From: Alphaproteobacteria bacterium
Lineage (GTDB): Bacteria > Pseudomonadota > Alphaproteobacteria > UBA6615
Direction: 5' to 3'
Assembly (NCBI GenBank): GCA_050246875.1
Contig: JBFWVF010000005.1
Span: 192,212-256,211 of the forward strand
DNA length: 64,000 nt
Part shown: piece by piece, positions 30,399-41,520 of the stretch
Position numbering within the stretch: position 1 is the first letter of the stretch
Layout: every line of letters starts with the position of its first letter
Translations under genes and position numbers: made by a program
Notes under the pieces: generated by a model
What the model was told of the DNA's origin: nothing
The model's input: the letters and a program-made list of their open reading frames with translations, nothing else
The model's database searches: none

Positions 30399-31185
30399 AG
30401 GGTGCGATCCGCGCGCGTGAACAGGCGGAAGAAATTGTCGGTCGTCTGCGCCGCCAGCGCCGCCGTCTCCACGCCGCGCAGCCTCGCCACCGCCGCCGCC
30501 GTGTGGGCGACGAAGGCCGGTTCGTTGCGCTTGCCGCGCAACGGCACGGGCGCGAGGAACGGCGCATCGGTCTCGACCAGCACGCGGTCGGCGGGAATGT
30601 CCGGCACGATCGCCTGCAGGTCGGCGGCACCCTTGAAGGTGGCGATTCCCGACAGGCTGATGAAGAAGCCGATTTCCAGCGCCGCCTCAGCCAGTTGCCG
30701 CCCGCTGCTGAAGCAGTGCATGACGCCGGTGAAGGCGCCCCTGGCGTATTCCTCGTGCAGGATCGCCGCGCATTCGGCATCGGCGTCGCGGGAATGGACG
30801 ACCAGCGGCAGGCCAAGCTCGCGTGCCGCTGCGATATGGGCGCGGAAGCTCGTCGCCTGGGCGTCGCGCGGGCTGCGCTCGTAATAGAAGTCGAGGCCGG
30901 TCTCGCCGATGCCGATGACCTTCGGGTCTCCGCCGGCCAGCGCGATCAGCCGGGCCGCGTCCCCCTGCCCCTCCGTCCCCGCCTCGTGCGGATGCACGCC
31001 GACGGTGCAGTAGACGTTGGCGAAGCGTTCCGCGACCGCGCGCACGCCCTGCCACTTCGACAGGTGCGTGCCGATGGTCAGCATCATGCCGATGCCAGCC
31101 TCGCCGGCCCGCGCGACGACGCCGTCGAGGTCGGTGGCGAACTCGGGGAAGTCGAGATGGCAGTGACTGTCGACGAGCATGGCCG

Positions 31186-31189
<4 letters not shown>
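30389..31189 (-). CDS. tatD: TatD-family metal-dependent DNase/hydrolase
   Basis: MTAMLVDSHCHLDFPEF…, conserved His/Glu metal ligands; conserved metG-tatD pairing. Confidence 0.85.
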
Positions 31190-32751
<1,562 letters not shown>

Positions 32752-32961
32752 TCGGCTCGGGTACGGGCTATGGCGGTATTGGCCATGCCGCGCGCTCGCC
32801 GGTCAAGCGCGGCCGGCCGCGCACGCGCCGCCGGCGAATTCCAGCCAGTGGTGGCCCGGCGCTGATAGCTGTCGGGCCGGCCCGGCGGCGGTGTTAGCGT
32901 CCGGCCCGTGACCGGTGGACGCCAAGCCGCCGGCGCCTTTGTGCAGGGAGAGGGTTGGGCG

Positions 32962-33879
32962 ATGAAGATTTTCCTGACCGGCGCGACCGGTCTCATCGGC
33001 GGCACCATCGCCGCCAAGCTGATCGGCGCCGGGCATACGGTGCGCGGGCTGGTGCGCGACGCCGAGCGCGGCAAGCTGCTGGCGGCCAAGGGCATCGAGC
33101 CGGTCGTCGGCACGCTCGACCATCTCGACACACTGGCCGCCGAGGCGCGGACGGCCGACGCGACGTTCAATACCGCCAACGCCGACAACCCCTTCGCCGC
33201 CGACGCGCTGGTCAATGCCCTGAAAGGCAGCGGCAAGACGCTCATCCACACCAGCGGATCGACCATCGTCGGCGATCATTCGGCCGGCGAGTACCCCAGC
33301 GCCGTCTACCACGAGGATCTGCGCCGGCCGCAGCCACTGCCGGAGAAGGCCAGCCGCATCGCCACCGACGCGCTGGTCGCGGCCAGCGCCACCGAGGGCG
33401 TGCGCAGCATGGTGCTGTGCCCGACGCTGGTCTACGGCACCGGCCTCGGCGTCCGCACCGTCGGGCCGCAGGTGATGAACTTCATCAAGCTGGCGCAGGA
33501 GCGCGGCCAGCCCTGCCATATCGGCGCCGGCAAGAACGTCTGGTCGCATGTCCATGTCGAGGACTGCGCCGAGGCCTACCTGCTGGCCTTCGAGAAGGCC
33601 CAGGCGGGCGCCTACTACTTTCTCGCCGGCGGCGAGGCGACGTGGCTGGAGATGGCGCAGGCCATCGGCCGTCTGCTCGGCCTCGGCGAGAAGACCGGCA
33701 CCATCAGCAACGTCGAGGCGGTACGCCGCTGGGGCGCGCCCTTCGCCCATGCCATGGGTGGCAACAGCCGCCTGTCCTCGGCCAAGGCGAAGGCCGAACT
33801 GGGCTGGTCGCCGAGCCGCAAGTCGATCCTGCACGACATCGAGTTCGGTTCGTTCAAGCAGGCGCTGGCGGCTGGGTGA
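32962..33879 (+). CDS. NAD(P)-dependent epimerase/dehydratase family protein (atypical SDR)
   Basis: MKIFLTGATGLIGGTIAAKLIGAGHTV… Rossmann motif; RBS GAGGG. Confidence 0.8.
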   Translation: MKIFLTGATGLIGGTIAAKLIGAGHTVRGLVRDAERGKLLAAKGIEPVVGTLDHLDTLAAEARTADATFNTANADNPFAADALVNALKGSGKTLIHTSGSTIVGDHSAGEYPSAVYHEDLRRPQPLPEKASRIATDALVAASATEGVRSMVLCPTLVYGTGLGVRTVGPQVMNFIKLAQERGQPCHIGAGKNVWSHVHVEDCAEAYLLAFEKAQAGAYYFLAGGEATWLEMAQAIGRLLGLGEKTGTISNVEAVRRWGAPFAHAMGGNSRLSSAKAKAELGWSPSRKSILHDIEFGSFKQALAAG

Positions 33880-33894
33880 CGGTCCGTGCGGGCC

Positions 33895-34004
33895 TCATCC
33901 TTCGACAGGCTCAGGATGAGGATGACCGGTCGTGACTTGGTGCCGATCGCAGACACAATGATCCCAGGACATCCTCACCCTGAGCCGGTCGAAGGGCGAG
34001 GATG
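33895..34004. repeat. MITE-like inverted-repeat element, copy C
   Basis: TCATCCTTCGACAGGCTCAGGATGAGGATG …(48 bp)… CATCCTCACCCTGAGCCGGTCGAAGGGCGAGGATG. Between convergent epimerase and holB. Confidence 0.8.
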
Positions 34005-34022
34005 TCCGGCACCGGCGTCGCG

Positions 34023-35183
34023 TTACCGCCGCACCGTCTCGGCCAGGGTGAAGACGGCGTCCATGGCGAGTTGCTTGCGGTCGAGGTTGAGGCCGTCGCC
34101 GCGCGCGAACAGGGTGGCGAGGCGCTCGGCCGCCTCGGCCCAGGCGGCCGGCGCGGCGAGGCCGAGCAGGCGGGCGCGCACCGCCTCCTCCCCGGCGACG
34201 ATCTCGGGCGGCCGTTCGCCGCACGCGGCGGCGCGCACGGCGCGCGACAGCCACCACTGCACGAGGTCGGCGAAGGCGCGGAAGGCCGGCTCGCCGGCAT
34301 TGCCGCCGAAGCGGTCGGTCGTCGCCGCGAGCCGCTTGCCGTCGAGGGCCGGCAGCGTGCCGAGCAGGGTCATCATCTCGGCGTAGACGGCGAGGCCGCC
34401 GGCCGCCGCCAGCGCCAGCGCCCGGCCGGGGGCGCCGTCGGCGAGGCGGGCGAGCCCGGCCATGGTGGCATCGTCGAGCCCGGCGACGGCCTTCGCCGCC
34501 TCGGTCGGCAGGCCGGTGCGCGCCAGCACCCCCTCCTCGTCCACCGCCTCCGCCAGCGCCGCCTGCGCGGCGGCGCGGCGTTCCTCAAGTACGGCCAGCA
34601 CGTCGGCGTCGGCCAGCGGCCGCAGCAGCAGCGTGCGGCAGCGCGAGCGGATGGTCGGCAGCAGCCGCGACGGGGCGTGCGCGACGAGCAGGAACACCGT
34701 GCGGGCCGGCGGCTCCTCGAGCAGCTTCAGCAGGGCGTTCTGGGCGTTGCGGTTCATGTCGTCGGCGGCGTCGACGACGATCACCCGCCAGCCGCCGCGC
34801 GCCGCCGTCTGGTGCAGGAACGGGCCGAGGTCGCGGATGTCGTCGACGGCGATCTCGGTGCGGAAGTTGTAGGGTGCCTTGCGGGCATGACTGCGCCGGA
34901 CGAGGCGCATGTCGGGATGGGAGCCGGCGATGACCTGCCGCGCTCCGGGGTCGGCCGGGTCGGTTGCCAGCCCCTCCCCGGCCGGGCGCACCGCCAGCAC
35001 GGTGCGGGCGAAGCGCCAGGCCAGCGTCGCCTTGCCGATGCCCTGTGGTCCGGCGACGAGCCAGCCATGCGCCAGCCGTCCGCCCTGCCAGGCATCCGCC
35101 AGCAGGCGCGCGGCGGGCGCGTGGCCGACCAGTCCGGCCGCGCGCCGCGGCGCCTCGATGGCGGCGATGATCTCCTCGCTCAC
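34023..35183 (-). CDS. holB: DNA polymerase III subunit delta'
   Basis: AAA+ clamp-loader fold …HGWLVAGPQGIGKATLAWRFA…; tmk-holB synteny. Confidence 0.85.
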   Translation of the reverse strand: MSEEIIAAIEAPRRAAGLVGHAPAARLLADAWQGGRLAHGWLVAGPQGIGKATLAWRFARTVLAVRPAGEGLATDPADPGARQVIAGSHPDMRLVRRSHARKAPYNFRTEIAVDDIRDLGPFLHQTAARGGWRVIVVDAADDMNRNAQNALLKLLEEPPARTVFLLVAHAPSRLLPTIRSRCRTLLLRPLADADVLAVLEERRAAAQAALAEAVDEEGVLARTGLPTEAAKAVAGLDDATMAGLARLADGAPGRALALAAAGGLAVYAEMMTLLGTLPALDGKRLAATTDRFGGNAGEPAFRAFADLVQWWLSRAVRAAACGERPPEIVAGEEAVRARLLGLAAPAAWAEAAERLATLFARGDGLNLDRKQLAMDAVFTLAETVRR

Positions 35184-35824
35184 GGGGCGGCCAGCCTGAT
35201 CGAAAGACGCGCGCCGACGGCCGCGGCAACCTGCGCCGCCACGGCGTCGACCGATGCGGTGGCGTCGATGACGACGCAGCGGCCCGGCTCGCGGCGGGCA
35301 ATGTCGAGGAAGCCGGCGCGCAGGCGCTCGTGGAAGGCGATGTCCATGCGTTCGTAACGGGTCTCGGCGCCTTGCCGCGTGGCGGCGCGGGCCAACCCCT
35401 GCTCGACAGGCAGGTCGAGGATCAGTGTCAGGTCCGGGGCGAACTCGCCGGCAATGAGGCCGTGGACCGTCGCCACGGCGACGCGCGACAGGCCATGCCC
35501 GCTGCCCTGGTAGGCCATCGTGGAATCGGCGAAGCGGTCCGACACCACCCAGCGTCCGGCCTCGAGGGCCGGCCAGACGGTGCGGACGAGGTGGTCGCGG
35601 CGCGCGGCGGCGTGCAGCAACAGTTCGCTGGTGGCGTCCCAGCGGTCGGTCTCGCCGGTCACCAGCAAGGCGCGGATGGCGTCCGCGCCCGGCGAGCCGC
35701 CGGGCTCGCGCGTTCGCACCGTGGCGATGCCGGCGCCGTCCAGTGCCGCGACGAGGCGCGCCACCTGCGTCGACTTGCCGGCTCCCTCGCCGCCCTCGAA
35801 GGTGATGAACCGCCCGCGCGCCAT
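35180..35824 (-). CDS. tmk: Thymidylate kinase
   Basis: MARGRFITFEGGEGAGKST (P-loop), DRF motif (VVSDRFADS). Start set at the internal ATG of the 35180..36067 ORF. Confidence 0.9.
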   Translation of the reverse strand: MARGRFITFEGGEGAGKSTQVARLVAALDGAGIATVRTREPGGSPGADAIRALLVTGETDRWDATSELLLHAAARRDHLVRTVWPALEAGRWVVSDRFADSTMAYQGSGHGLSRVAVATVHGLIAGEFAPDLTLILDLPVEQGLARAATRQGAETRYERMDIAFHERLRAGFLDIARREPGRCVVIDATASVDAVAAQVAAAVGARLSIRLAAP

Positions 35825-35876
35825 GCCGCCCTTATAGCAGGCTGGGGACGGTGCGCCTCCACGTCCCCGCCGGGGG

Positions 35877-37010
35877 TCAGCTTCCCGGTCCCCACACGAG
35901 ATGGGAGACCGCCGTCTGGATGCGGCCGAAGAAGTCGAGGCCCTCGACCGCGTTCGCCGCATAGAGCGGGCGCTCGATCGGCGCCATGTCCGGGGCGGTG
36001 AGCACCAGCCGGGCGATCGGCTGGCCGGCGGCGATCGGCGCCGGCACCGGGCCGTCGTAGCGCACAATCACCTTGAGCTGCTGGCGCGCCCGGCGCGGCA
36101 GCGTGACGACGAGGTCCTTGTCGAGGACGAGGCCGACCGACGGCGCCTGGCCGAGCCAGACCTCGGCCGTCTCGACCGGCGCGCCCTTGCGGAACAGGGC
36201 GTAGTTGCCGAATTCGCGAAAGCCCCACTCGATCAGCTTCTCGGACTCCGTCGCGCGCTCCTGCATGCTGCTCATGCCGTTGAGCACGAGGATCAGGCGG
36301 CGGCCATCGCGCTCGCACGAAGCGACGAGACCATACCCGGACTGCTCGGTATGGCCGGTCTTCAGTCCGTCGCAGTGCATGTCCTTGTAGACCAGCGGGT
36401 TGCGGTTGCCCTGCCGGATGTTGTTCCAGACGAATTCCTTCTCCGCGTAGTAGTGGTAGTACTCGTGGTCGTCGGCGATCACGCGGCGCGACAGCTCGGC
36501 CAGCTCGCGCGAGGTGGTGACGTGCTCGGGGTCGGGCCAGCCGGTCGCGTTGCGGAAGGTCGTCACCTTAAGGCCCATCTCGCGCGCCTTGGCGGTCATG
36601 CGCTCGGCGAAGGCCTCCTCGCTGCCGGCGATGGCTTCGGCGACGACGACCGAGGAATCGTTGCCCGACTGCACGACGATGCCGCGGATCAGCGCCTCGA
36701 CCGGCACGCGGTTGCCGATGCCGACGAACATCTTGGAGCCGCCCATCCGCCACGCCTTTTCCGAAACCGGCAACTGGTCGTCGAGCTTCAGCTTGCCCTT
36801 GCGGATCTCCTCGAACAGCAGATAGGCGGTCATGATCTTCGTCATCGACGCCGGGTACATCACCTCGTCGGCGTTCTTGGCGAACAGTTCCGTGCCCGTC
36901 TCGAAATCGATCATCAGCGCCTGCTTCGCCTTCGTTTCGTAAGCGACGGCGGGCGCCGCGGCGGCCGCGGCGACGAGGGCGAGGGCGGCGATCGAAGACA
37001 GTCTGGGCAT
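35877..37010 (-). CDS. dacC: D-alanyl-D-alanine carboxypeptidase (PBP5/6 family, S11 peptidase)
   Basis: Signal peptide, SxxK (PASMTKIMT), SGN (VQSGND), KTG (LKTGHT) motifs. Confidence 0.88.
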   Translation of the reverse strand: MPRLSSIAALALVAAAAAAPAVAYETKAKQALMIDFETGTELFAKNADEVMYPASMTKIMTAYLLFEEIRKGKLKLDDQLPVSEKAWRMGGSKMFVGIGNRVPVEALIRGIVVQSGNDSSVVVAEAIAGSEEAFAERMTAKAREMGLKVTTFRNATGWPDPEHVTTSRELAELSRRVIADDHEYYHYYAEKEFVWNNIRQGNRNPLVYKDMHCDGLKTGHTEQSGYGLVASCERDGRRLILVLNGMSSMQERATESEKLIEWGFREFGNYALFRKGAPVETAEVWLGQAPSVGLVLDKDLVVTLPRRARQQLKVIVRYDGPVPAPIAAGQPIARLVLTAPDMAPIERPLYAANAVEGLDFFGRIQTAVSHLVWGPGS

Positions 37011-37105
37011 GGCCACGGTATTCCCGGTCGGGCGAACGGTTGGAGCGGTGATCCGGTTCCGCCGCCAGCGTGACCGGCGACGGTGGCGACAATGCGGCGC
37101 CGGCA

Positions 37106-38128
37106 CTACTCGACGATGATCAGCGCCTCGCGCTGGCAGCAGGAAATGACCTGCGTCAGCAGGGCGTCGGCCTGGTCGACGGTGTCCAGCGGTCCGACTC
37201 GCACGCGGTACAGGTCGCCGTTGGTGCTGCTGGTCCGGCTGATATGGGTCGAGCCGAGCGACTGCAGGCGGTCGCGCATCCGCAGGGCATTGTCGAGGCG
37301 GCCGAAGGCGCCGGCCTGGACGTAGATGCCGGTCGGGCTGACCGGCAGGATGTCCACCTTGTCGGTCAGCCGCGGCGGCTGCGCCACGGGCGGTCGCGCG
37401 GCGGCCACCGGCGGCGGCTGCGGCGTCACCGGCGCACGCGGGGCCGTCGCCGGCGGCGTGCGCGCCGGCGGCACGCGGGCGATCTGGGTGTCCGGGCCGC
37501 CCGGCACCGGGGGCAGCGGCTCGGCGGCGACGGTCTCGCGCGGCGCGGCGGCGACCTGAAGCTGGTCACGGCGCCCTTCCGGCGAGTTGAGCGAGGCGAG
37601 TTTGATCTGCTGGCTTTCCTCGGGAAGGATTTCGACCTTCACCTTGGCCGTGCCGTTGCGCTCGAAGCCGAGGAGCTGGGCGCCGCGGCGCGAGACGTCG
37701 ATGATGCGGCCGCGTGCGAAGGGCCCGCGGTCGTTGACCGTCAGCACGATCGAGCGGCCGTTCTCAAGGTTCGTCACCCGCACGACGCTGGGCATCGGCA
37801 GGGTGCGGTGCGCCGCGGTCAGGGCGTTCTGGTCGTAGGTCTCGCCGTTGGCTGTCGAGCGGCCGTGGAAGCCGGGGCCGTACCACGAGGCGATGCCGGT
37901 CTCGCGGTAGTCGTAGTCCTCGGCCGGGTAGTACCAGATGCCCTCGATCTGGTAGGGCGTGCCGACCTTGTAGCGCCCGCTGCCGGGCGGCTGCTGCGGC
38001 ACCGGCTCCTGCGTGCGCTTGGCCGTGTTGACGAGGAATTCCGTCTCGGCGCAGCCGCCGAGGACGAGCGCCGTCAGCGCGGCGGCGGCCAGCAGTCCAA
38101 GGTGACGCGGGCGGGCGGCGCTCCTCAT
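37106..38128 (-). CDS. rlpA: Septal ring lytic transglycosylase RlpA family protein with C-terminal SPOR domain
   Basis: Lipobox (LVLGGCA), DPBB domain (…GIASWYGPGFHGRSTANGETYD…VRVTNLENGRSIVLTVNDRGPF), Pro-rich linker, SPOR domain. Confidence 0.85.
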   Translation of the reverse strand: MRSAARPRHLGLLAAAALTALVLGGCAETEFLVNTAKRTQEPVPQQPPGSGRYKVGTPYQIEGIWYYPAEDYDYRETGIASWYGPGFHGRSTANGETYDQNALTAAHRTLPMPSVVRVTNLENGRSIVLTVNDRGPFARGRIIDVSRRGAQLLGFERNGTAKVKVEILPEESQQIKLASLNSPEGRRDQLQVAAAPRETVAAEPLPPVPGGPDTQIARVPPARTPPATAPRAPVTPQPPPVAAARPPVAQPPRLTDKVDILPVSPTGIYVQAGAFGRLDNALRMRDRLQSLGSTHISRTSSTNGDLYRVRVGPLDTVDQADALLTQVISCCQREALIIVE

Positions 38129-39099
38129 GGCGCACCGATGCGGTCGGACAGCAGGCCGACCGCCGTGGCGAAGTAGAGCGAACGGTTCCAGCGCATGATG
38201 GCGCGGTAGTTGTCGTAGACGAGGAAGGCCGGCCCGCCGGCACCGCCCGGCAGGACGATCGAGGCCGACAGGTCGCGCTCGGGCAGGTCGCCGCCGTCGG
38301 CGCGCCGCACGCCGCGCTTCTGCCACTCGGTCAGCGTCTTCGCCACCTTGAGGTCGGCGTCGGCGGCGTCGAAGCCGGCCGGCAGTTTCACCTCGCGCCC
38401 CCAGGTCAGGTCGTTGTTCCAGCCGACGCTTTTCAGGTAGTTGGCGGCCGAGGCGAAGACGTCGGCATGGGTGCCCCAGATGTCCTTGGCGCCGTCGCCG
38501 TTCCAGTCGATGGCGTAGGCGAGGAAGCTCGACGGCATGAACTGGCTGTGGCCCATGGCCCCGGCCCAGGAGCCCATCATGCTGGCCGGCCGGACGTGGC
38601 CCTGATCGACGATCTTCAGCGCCGCCAGCAGCTCGCCGCGGAAATAGTCGGCCCGCCTGCCCTCCCAGGCCAGCGTCGCCAGCGCGCCGATGACCGAAAA
38701 ACTGCCGGTGTAGCCGCCGTAGCTGGTCTCGATGCCCCACAGGGCGACGATGAAGCGCGGCTGCACGCCGAAGCGTTGCGCCACCTCCTCGAGGATCGCC
38801 CTGTGCTCGACGAGCTTGGCGCGGCCGGTGGCGATGCGCGTCGGCGACAGGATGCGCCCGATGTAGTCGTCGAAGGTGACGGTGCGCTCGGGCTGCTTGC
38901 GGTCCAGTTCGATGACGCGCGGAATGGGTTCGAGGCCGGTCAGCGCCGCCTCGATCGTGGCCGCCGAGATGCCCTTGGCCGCCGCCTCGCTGCGAAAGCC
39001 GTCGAGCCAGTTGTTGAAGTCGGCATCGGTCGCCGCGGCGGCCGGTGCCGTCGCGAGGAATGCCGTCATGGCCAGAATGCCGAAGCTGCGCGCCCGCAT
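38125..39099 (-). CDS. mltB: Lytic murein transglycosylase (MltB family)
   Basis: Signal peptide, …VALWGIETSYGGYTG…, …MGHSQFMPSSF… MltB catalytic region; ATGA overlap with rlpA. Confidence 0.85.
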   Translation of the reverse strand: MRARSFGILAMTAFLATAPAAAATDADFNNWLDGFRSEAAAKGISAATIEAALTGLEPIPRVIELDRKQPERTVTFDDYIGRILSPTRIATGRAKLVEHRAILEEVAQRFGVQPRFIVALWGIETSYGGYTGSFSVIGALATLAWEGRRADYFRGELLAALKIVDQGHVRPASMMGSWAGAMGHSQFMPSSFLAYAIDWNGDGAKDIWGTHADVFASAANYLKSVGWNNDLTWGREVKLPAGFDAADADLKVAKTLTEWQKRGVRRADGGDLPERDLSASIVLPGGAGGPAFLVYDNYRAIMRWNRSLYFATAVGLLSDRIGAP

Positions 39100-39249
39100 C
39101 GCGCCGAACCTGTCCGCTGCCGTCGGACACAAGCCTGTGCCATACGCCCGCGCGTCGGCGCAATCCCGTGCGCGTGACGTTTCGCCATCCGGCGGCGTCT
39201 GCCAATTGGCACGGTGACCGTGTAGAATGTGGCGACTCCGGGGGCCGCG

Positions 39250-40296
39250 ATGATTTTCCGCCAGCTCTTCGACAAGACCTCCTCGACCTACACCTACCTG
39301 CTGGCCAGCCGTCCCGGCGGCGAGGCGCTGATCATCGACCCGGTGATCGAGAATGTGCCGCTCTACCTGCGGCTGGTCGATGAACTCGGCCTGCGGCTGC
39401 TGAAGGCCGTCGATACGCACGTCCATGCCGACCACATCACCGGCCTTGGTGCGCTGCGCGACCGCACCCGCTGCATCACCGTGATGGGCGAGCAGGCGGG
39501 CGTCGACACGGTCTCGATGCGCGTGGCCGACGGCGACACGGTGGACATCGAGGGGCTCAGCCTGCGCGCCCTCTACACCCCGGGCCACACGGACGATTCC
39601 TACTGCTTCGCCATGGACGACCGGGTCTTCACCGGCGACACGCTGCTGATCCGCGGCAGCGGCCGCACGGACTTCCAGAATGGCGATTCGCGCGCGGCTT
39701 ACGACTCGATCTTCAACAAGCTGCTGAAGCTGCCCGACGACACGCTGGTCTACCCGGCGCACGACTACAAGGGCGAGACGGTGTCGACCATCGGCGAGGA
39801 GCGACGCTTCAACCCGCGCCTGCAGGTGAAGTCCGCCGACGAGTACGCGGCGCTGATGGCCGGCCTCAAGCTCGGCAATCCGAAGATGATGGACGTGGCC
39901 GTGCCGGCCAATCGCAAGGTCGGTCTCGACCAGGCCGAACTCGCCGTCGCCGGCCTGTCGCTGGAGCCCGCCGACACCATCCCGCGCCTGCCGCTGAAGG
40001 ACATGCTGCTGGTCGACCTGCGCGACGACGGCGAGCGCGAGCGCACCGGCATCATCCCCGGCTCGCTGCACGCGCCCTACGGCGAACTGGCGCACTACCT
40101 GCGCACCGGCGGCATCCTCGCCGAACTGGCGCGCGCATCGGGCCGCCGCCTCGTCTTCTACTGCGCCTTCGGCGAACGCTCGGCGCTGGCCGTGAAGGCC
40201 GCGATGGAAGCCGGCCTGCCCCCGCCCCTCAATTTGCGCGGCGGCGTCGACGCCTGGAAGAAGGCGGGCGGTCCGCTGGAGCGGCTGGCGGGGTGA
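39250..40296 (+). CDS. Persulfide dioxygenase (ETHE1-type MBL fold) fused to C-terminal rhodanese domain
   Basis: MIFRQLFDKTSSTYTYLLAS…THVHADHITG… (PDO/Blh) plus C-terminal rhodanese with catalytic Cys (FYCAFGERS). The first ATG at 39229 would add 7 residues; MIFRQLFD is the typical PDO start. Confidence 0.85.
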   Translation: MIFRQLFDKTSSTYTYLLASRPGGEALIIDPVIENVPLYLRLVDELGLRLLKAVDTHVHADHITGLGALRDRTRCITVMGEQAGVDTVSMRVADGDTVDIEGLSLRALYTPGHTDDSYCFAMDDRVFTGDTLLIRGSGRTDFQNGDSRAAYDSIFNKLLKLPDDTLVYPAHDYKGETVSTIGEERRFNPRLQVKSADEYAALMAGLKLGNPKMMDVAVPANRKVGLDQAELAVAGLSLEPADTIPRLPLKDMLLVDLRDDGERERTGIIPGSLHAPYGELAHYLRTGGILAELARASGRRLVFYCAFGERSALAVKAAMEAGLPPPLNLRGGVDAWKKAGGPLERLAG

Positions 40297-40313
40297 GCGA
40301 TGGACGCAACTGG

Positions 40314-40481
40314 ATGATCACTTTCTATACGTTCCGAATATTCTTTCTGGCAGGCATCGTATACGTGGTCTCGGATATCCTGTTTAAAAAAAGGATAAAG
40401 AACTTCCTCCCGAAGCGTCATGGAATCAAAATATCGTCTTTCGATATTTGTCTCAATTGTAGTCGAGTGATAGTTTATTGA
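40314..40481 (+). CDS. Small hypothetical single-TM peptide (55 aa) in AT-rich islet
   Basis: MITFYTFRIFFLAGIVYVVSDILFKKRIKNFLPKRHGIKISSFDICLNCSRVIVY. Hydrophobic N-terminal helix then a basic tail. ~30% GC versus ~67% genome. The ORF track lists a GTG start at 40293 overlapping the PDO stop. Confidence 0.3.
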   Translation: MITFYTFRIFFLAGIVYVVSDILFKKRIKNFLPKRHGIKISSFDICLNCSRVIVY

Positions 40482-40498
40482 GGATAGGGAATATTAAA

Positions 40499-40645
40499 AT
40501 GAAAATACCTATGAAACTGGTTGAGTTGAAATTAAAAAAGGGGAAAAATGCTTCCAGAAATCTTAAATATTTCTATTGGTTTGTTCAGTTTTATCTAATA
40601 ATTCTTATAGCTTATGTATTGTATCGGTGGATCGAAAAAATGTAG
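40499..40645 (+). CDS. Small hypothetical peptide (48 aa), basic N-terminus + C-terminal TM helix, in AT-rich islet
   Basis: ATG preceded by RBS GAGGATAGGG. MKIPMKLVELKLKKGKNASRNLKYFYWFVQFYLIILIAYVLYRWIEKM*. Below the ORF-track size cutoff; found by reading the sequence. Confidence 0.3.
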   Translation: MKIPMKLVELKLKKGKNASRNLKYFYWFVQFYLIILIAYVLYRWIEKM

Positions 40646-40687
40646 GTGCGTCGCACGTTGATGCGAGTGCGTTCAAAGGGGAATGAT

Positions 40688-41452
40688 ATGGCCGGTCGGG
40701 TGGCGGGGAAGGTGGCGCTGGTGACGGGAGGCGCGCGCGGGATCGGGCGGGCCTGCGCCGAGCTGTTCGTCGCCGAGGGCGGGCGCGTGGCGCTGTTCGA
40801 CCGCAACGCCGAGGGCGCGGCGGCGGCGGCGCGGGAGATCGGTGCCGGCACCGTCGCCATCGCCGGTGACGTCACCGTCGAGGCCGACTGGCAGCGCGCG
40901 GTGGCGCAAACCGTCGAGGCGCTGGGCGGCCTCAACATCCTGGTCAACGCCGCCGGCATTGCCATCGTCGGCACCGTCGAGGACACCTCGCTGGAGGACT
41001 GGAAGCGCGTCCACGCGGTCGACCTCGACAGCGTCTTCCTCGGCTGCAAGACGGCCATCCCGGCGATGGCCAAATCGGGCGGCGGCTCGATCGTCAACCT
41101 GTCCTCGATCGCCGGCATCGTCGCCAGCCACAACTTCGCCGCCTACAACTCGGCCAAGGCCGGGGTGCGGCACCTGACCAAGTCGGTGGCGCTGCACTGC
41201 GCGCGCAAGAAATACGGCATCCGCTGCAATTCGGTGCATCCGGCGTTCATCGATACGCCCATGCTCGACGACATCATGCGCAAGGACCGCACGCGCGACG
41301 AAAGCGTCGACCGGCTGGCCTCGCAGCTTCCCCTCGGCCGCGTCGGCACGGCGCGCGATATCGCCTATGGCGTGCTCTACCTCGCCAGCGAAGAGAGCGC
41401 CTTCATGACCGGTGCCGAGCTGGTGCTCGACGGCGGCGTCAGCGCCATGTAG
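40688..41452 (+). CDS. SDR-family oxidoreductase
   Basis: VALVTGGARGIGRA, NAAG, catalytic YNSAKAG triad region. Confidence 0.85.
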   Translation: MAGRVAGKVALVTGGARGIGRACAELFVAEGGRVALFDRNAEGAAAAAREIGAGTVAIAGDVTVEADWQRAVAQTVEALGGLNILVNAAGIAIVGTVEDTSLEDWKRVHAVDLDSVFLGCKTAIPAMAKSGGGSIVNLSSIAGIVASHNFAAYNSAKAGVRHLTKSVALHCARKKYGIRCNSVHPAFIDTPMLDDIMRKDRTRDESVDRLASQLPLGRVGTARDIAYGVLYLASEESAFMTGAELVLDGGVSAM

Positions 41453-41520
41453 GCCGGTTGCCGCCGCGCGGCCGGCGGGACACAATCCCGGCCCCTGCCC
41501 TGCCACCGCGCGAGGCCGCC

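Noticed and set aside
40158-40421. 87-aa minus-strand ORF overlapping the PDO 3' end and the AT-rich islet
   Set aside because: Mostly antisense to the rhodanese domain coding sequence. Only its first ~35 codons lie in the islet, and it has no RBS; considered less likely than the two plus-strand micro-ORFs.
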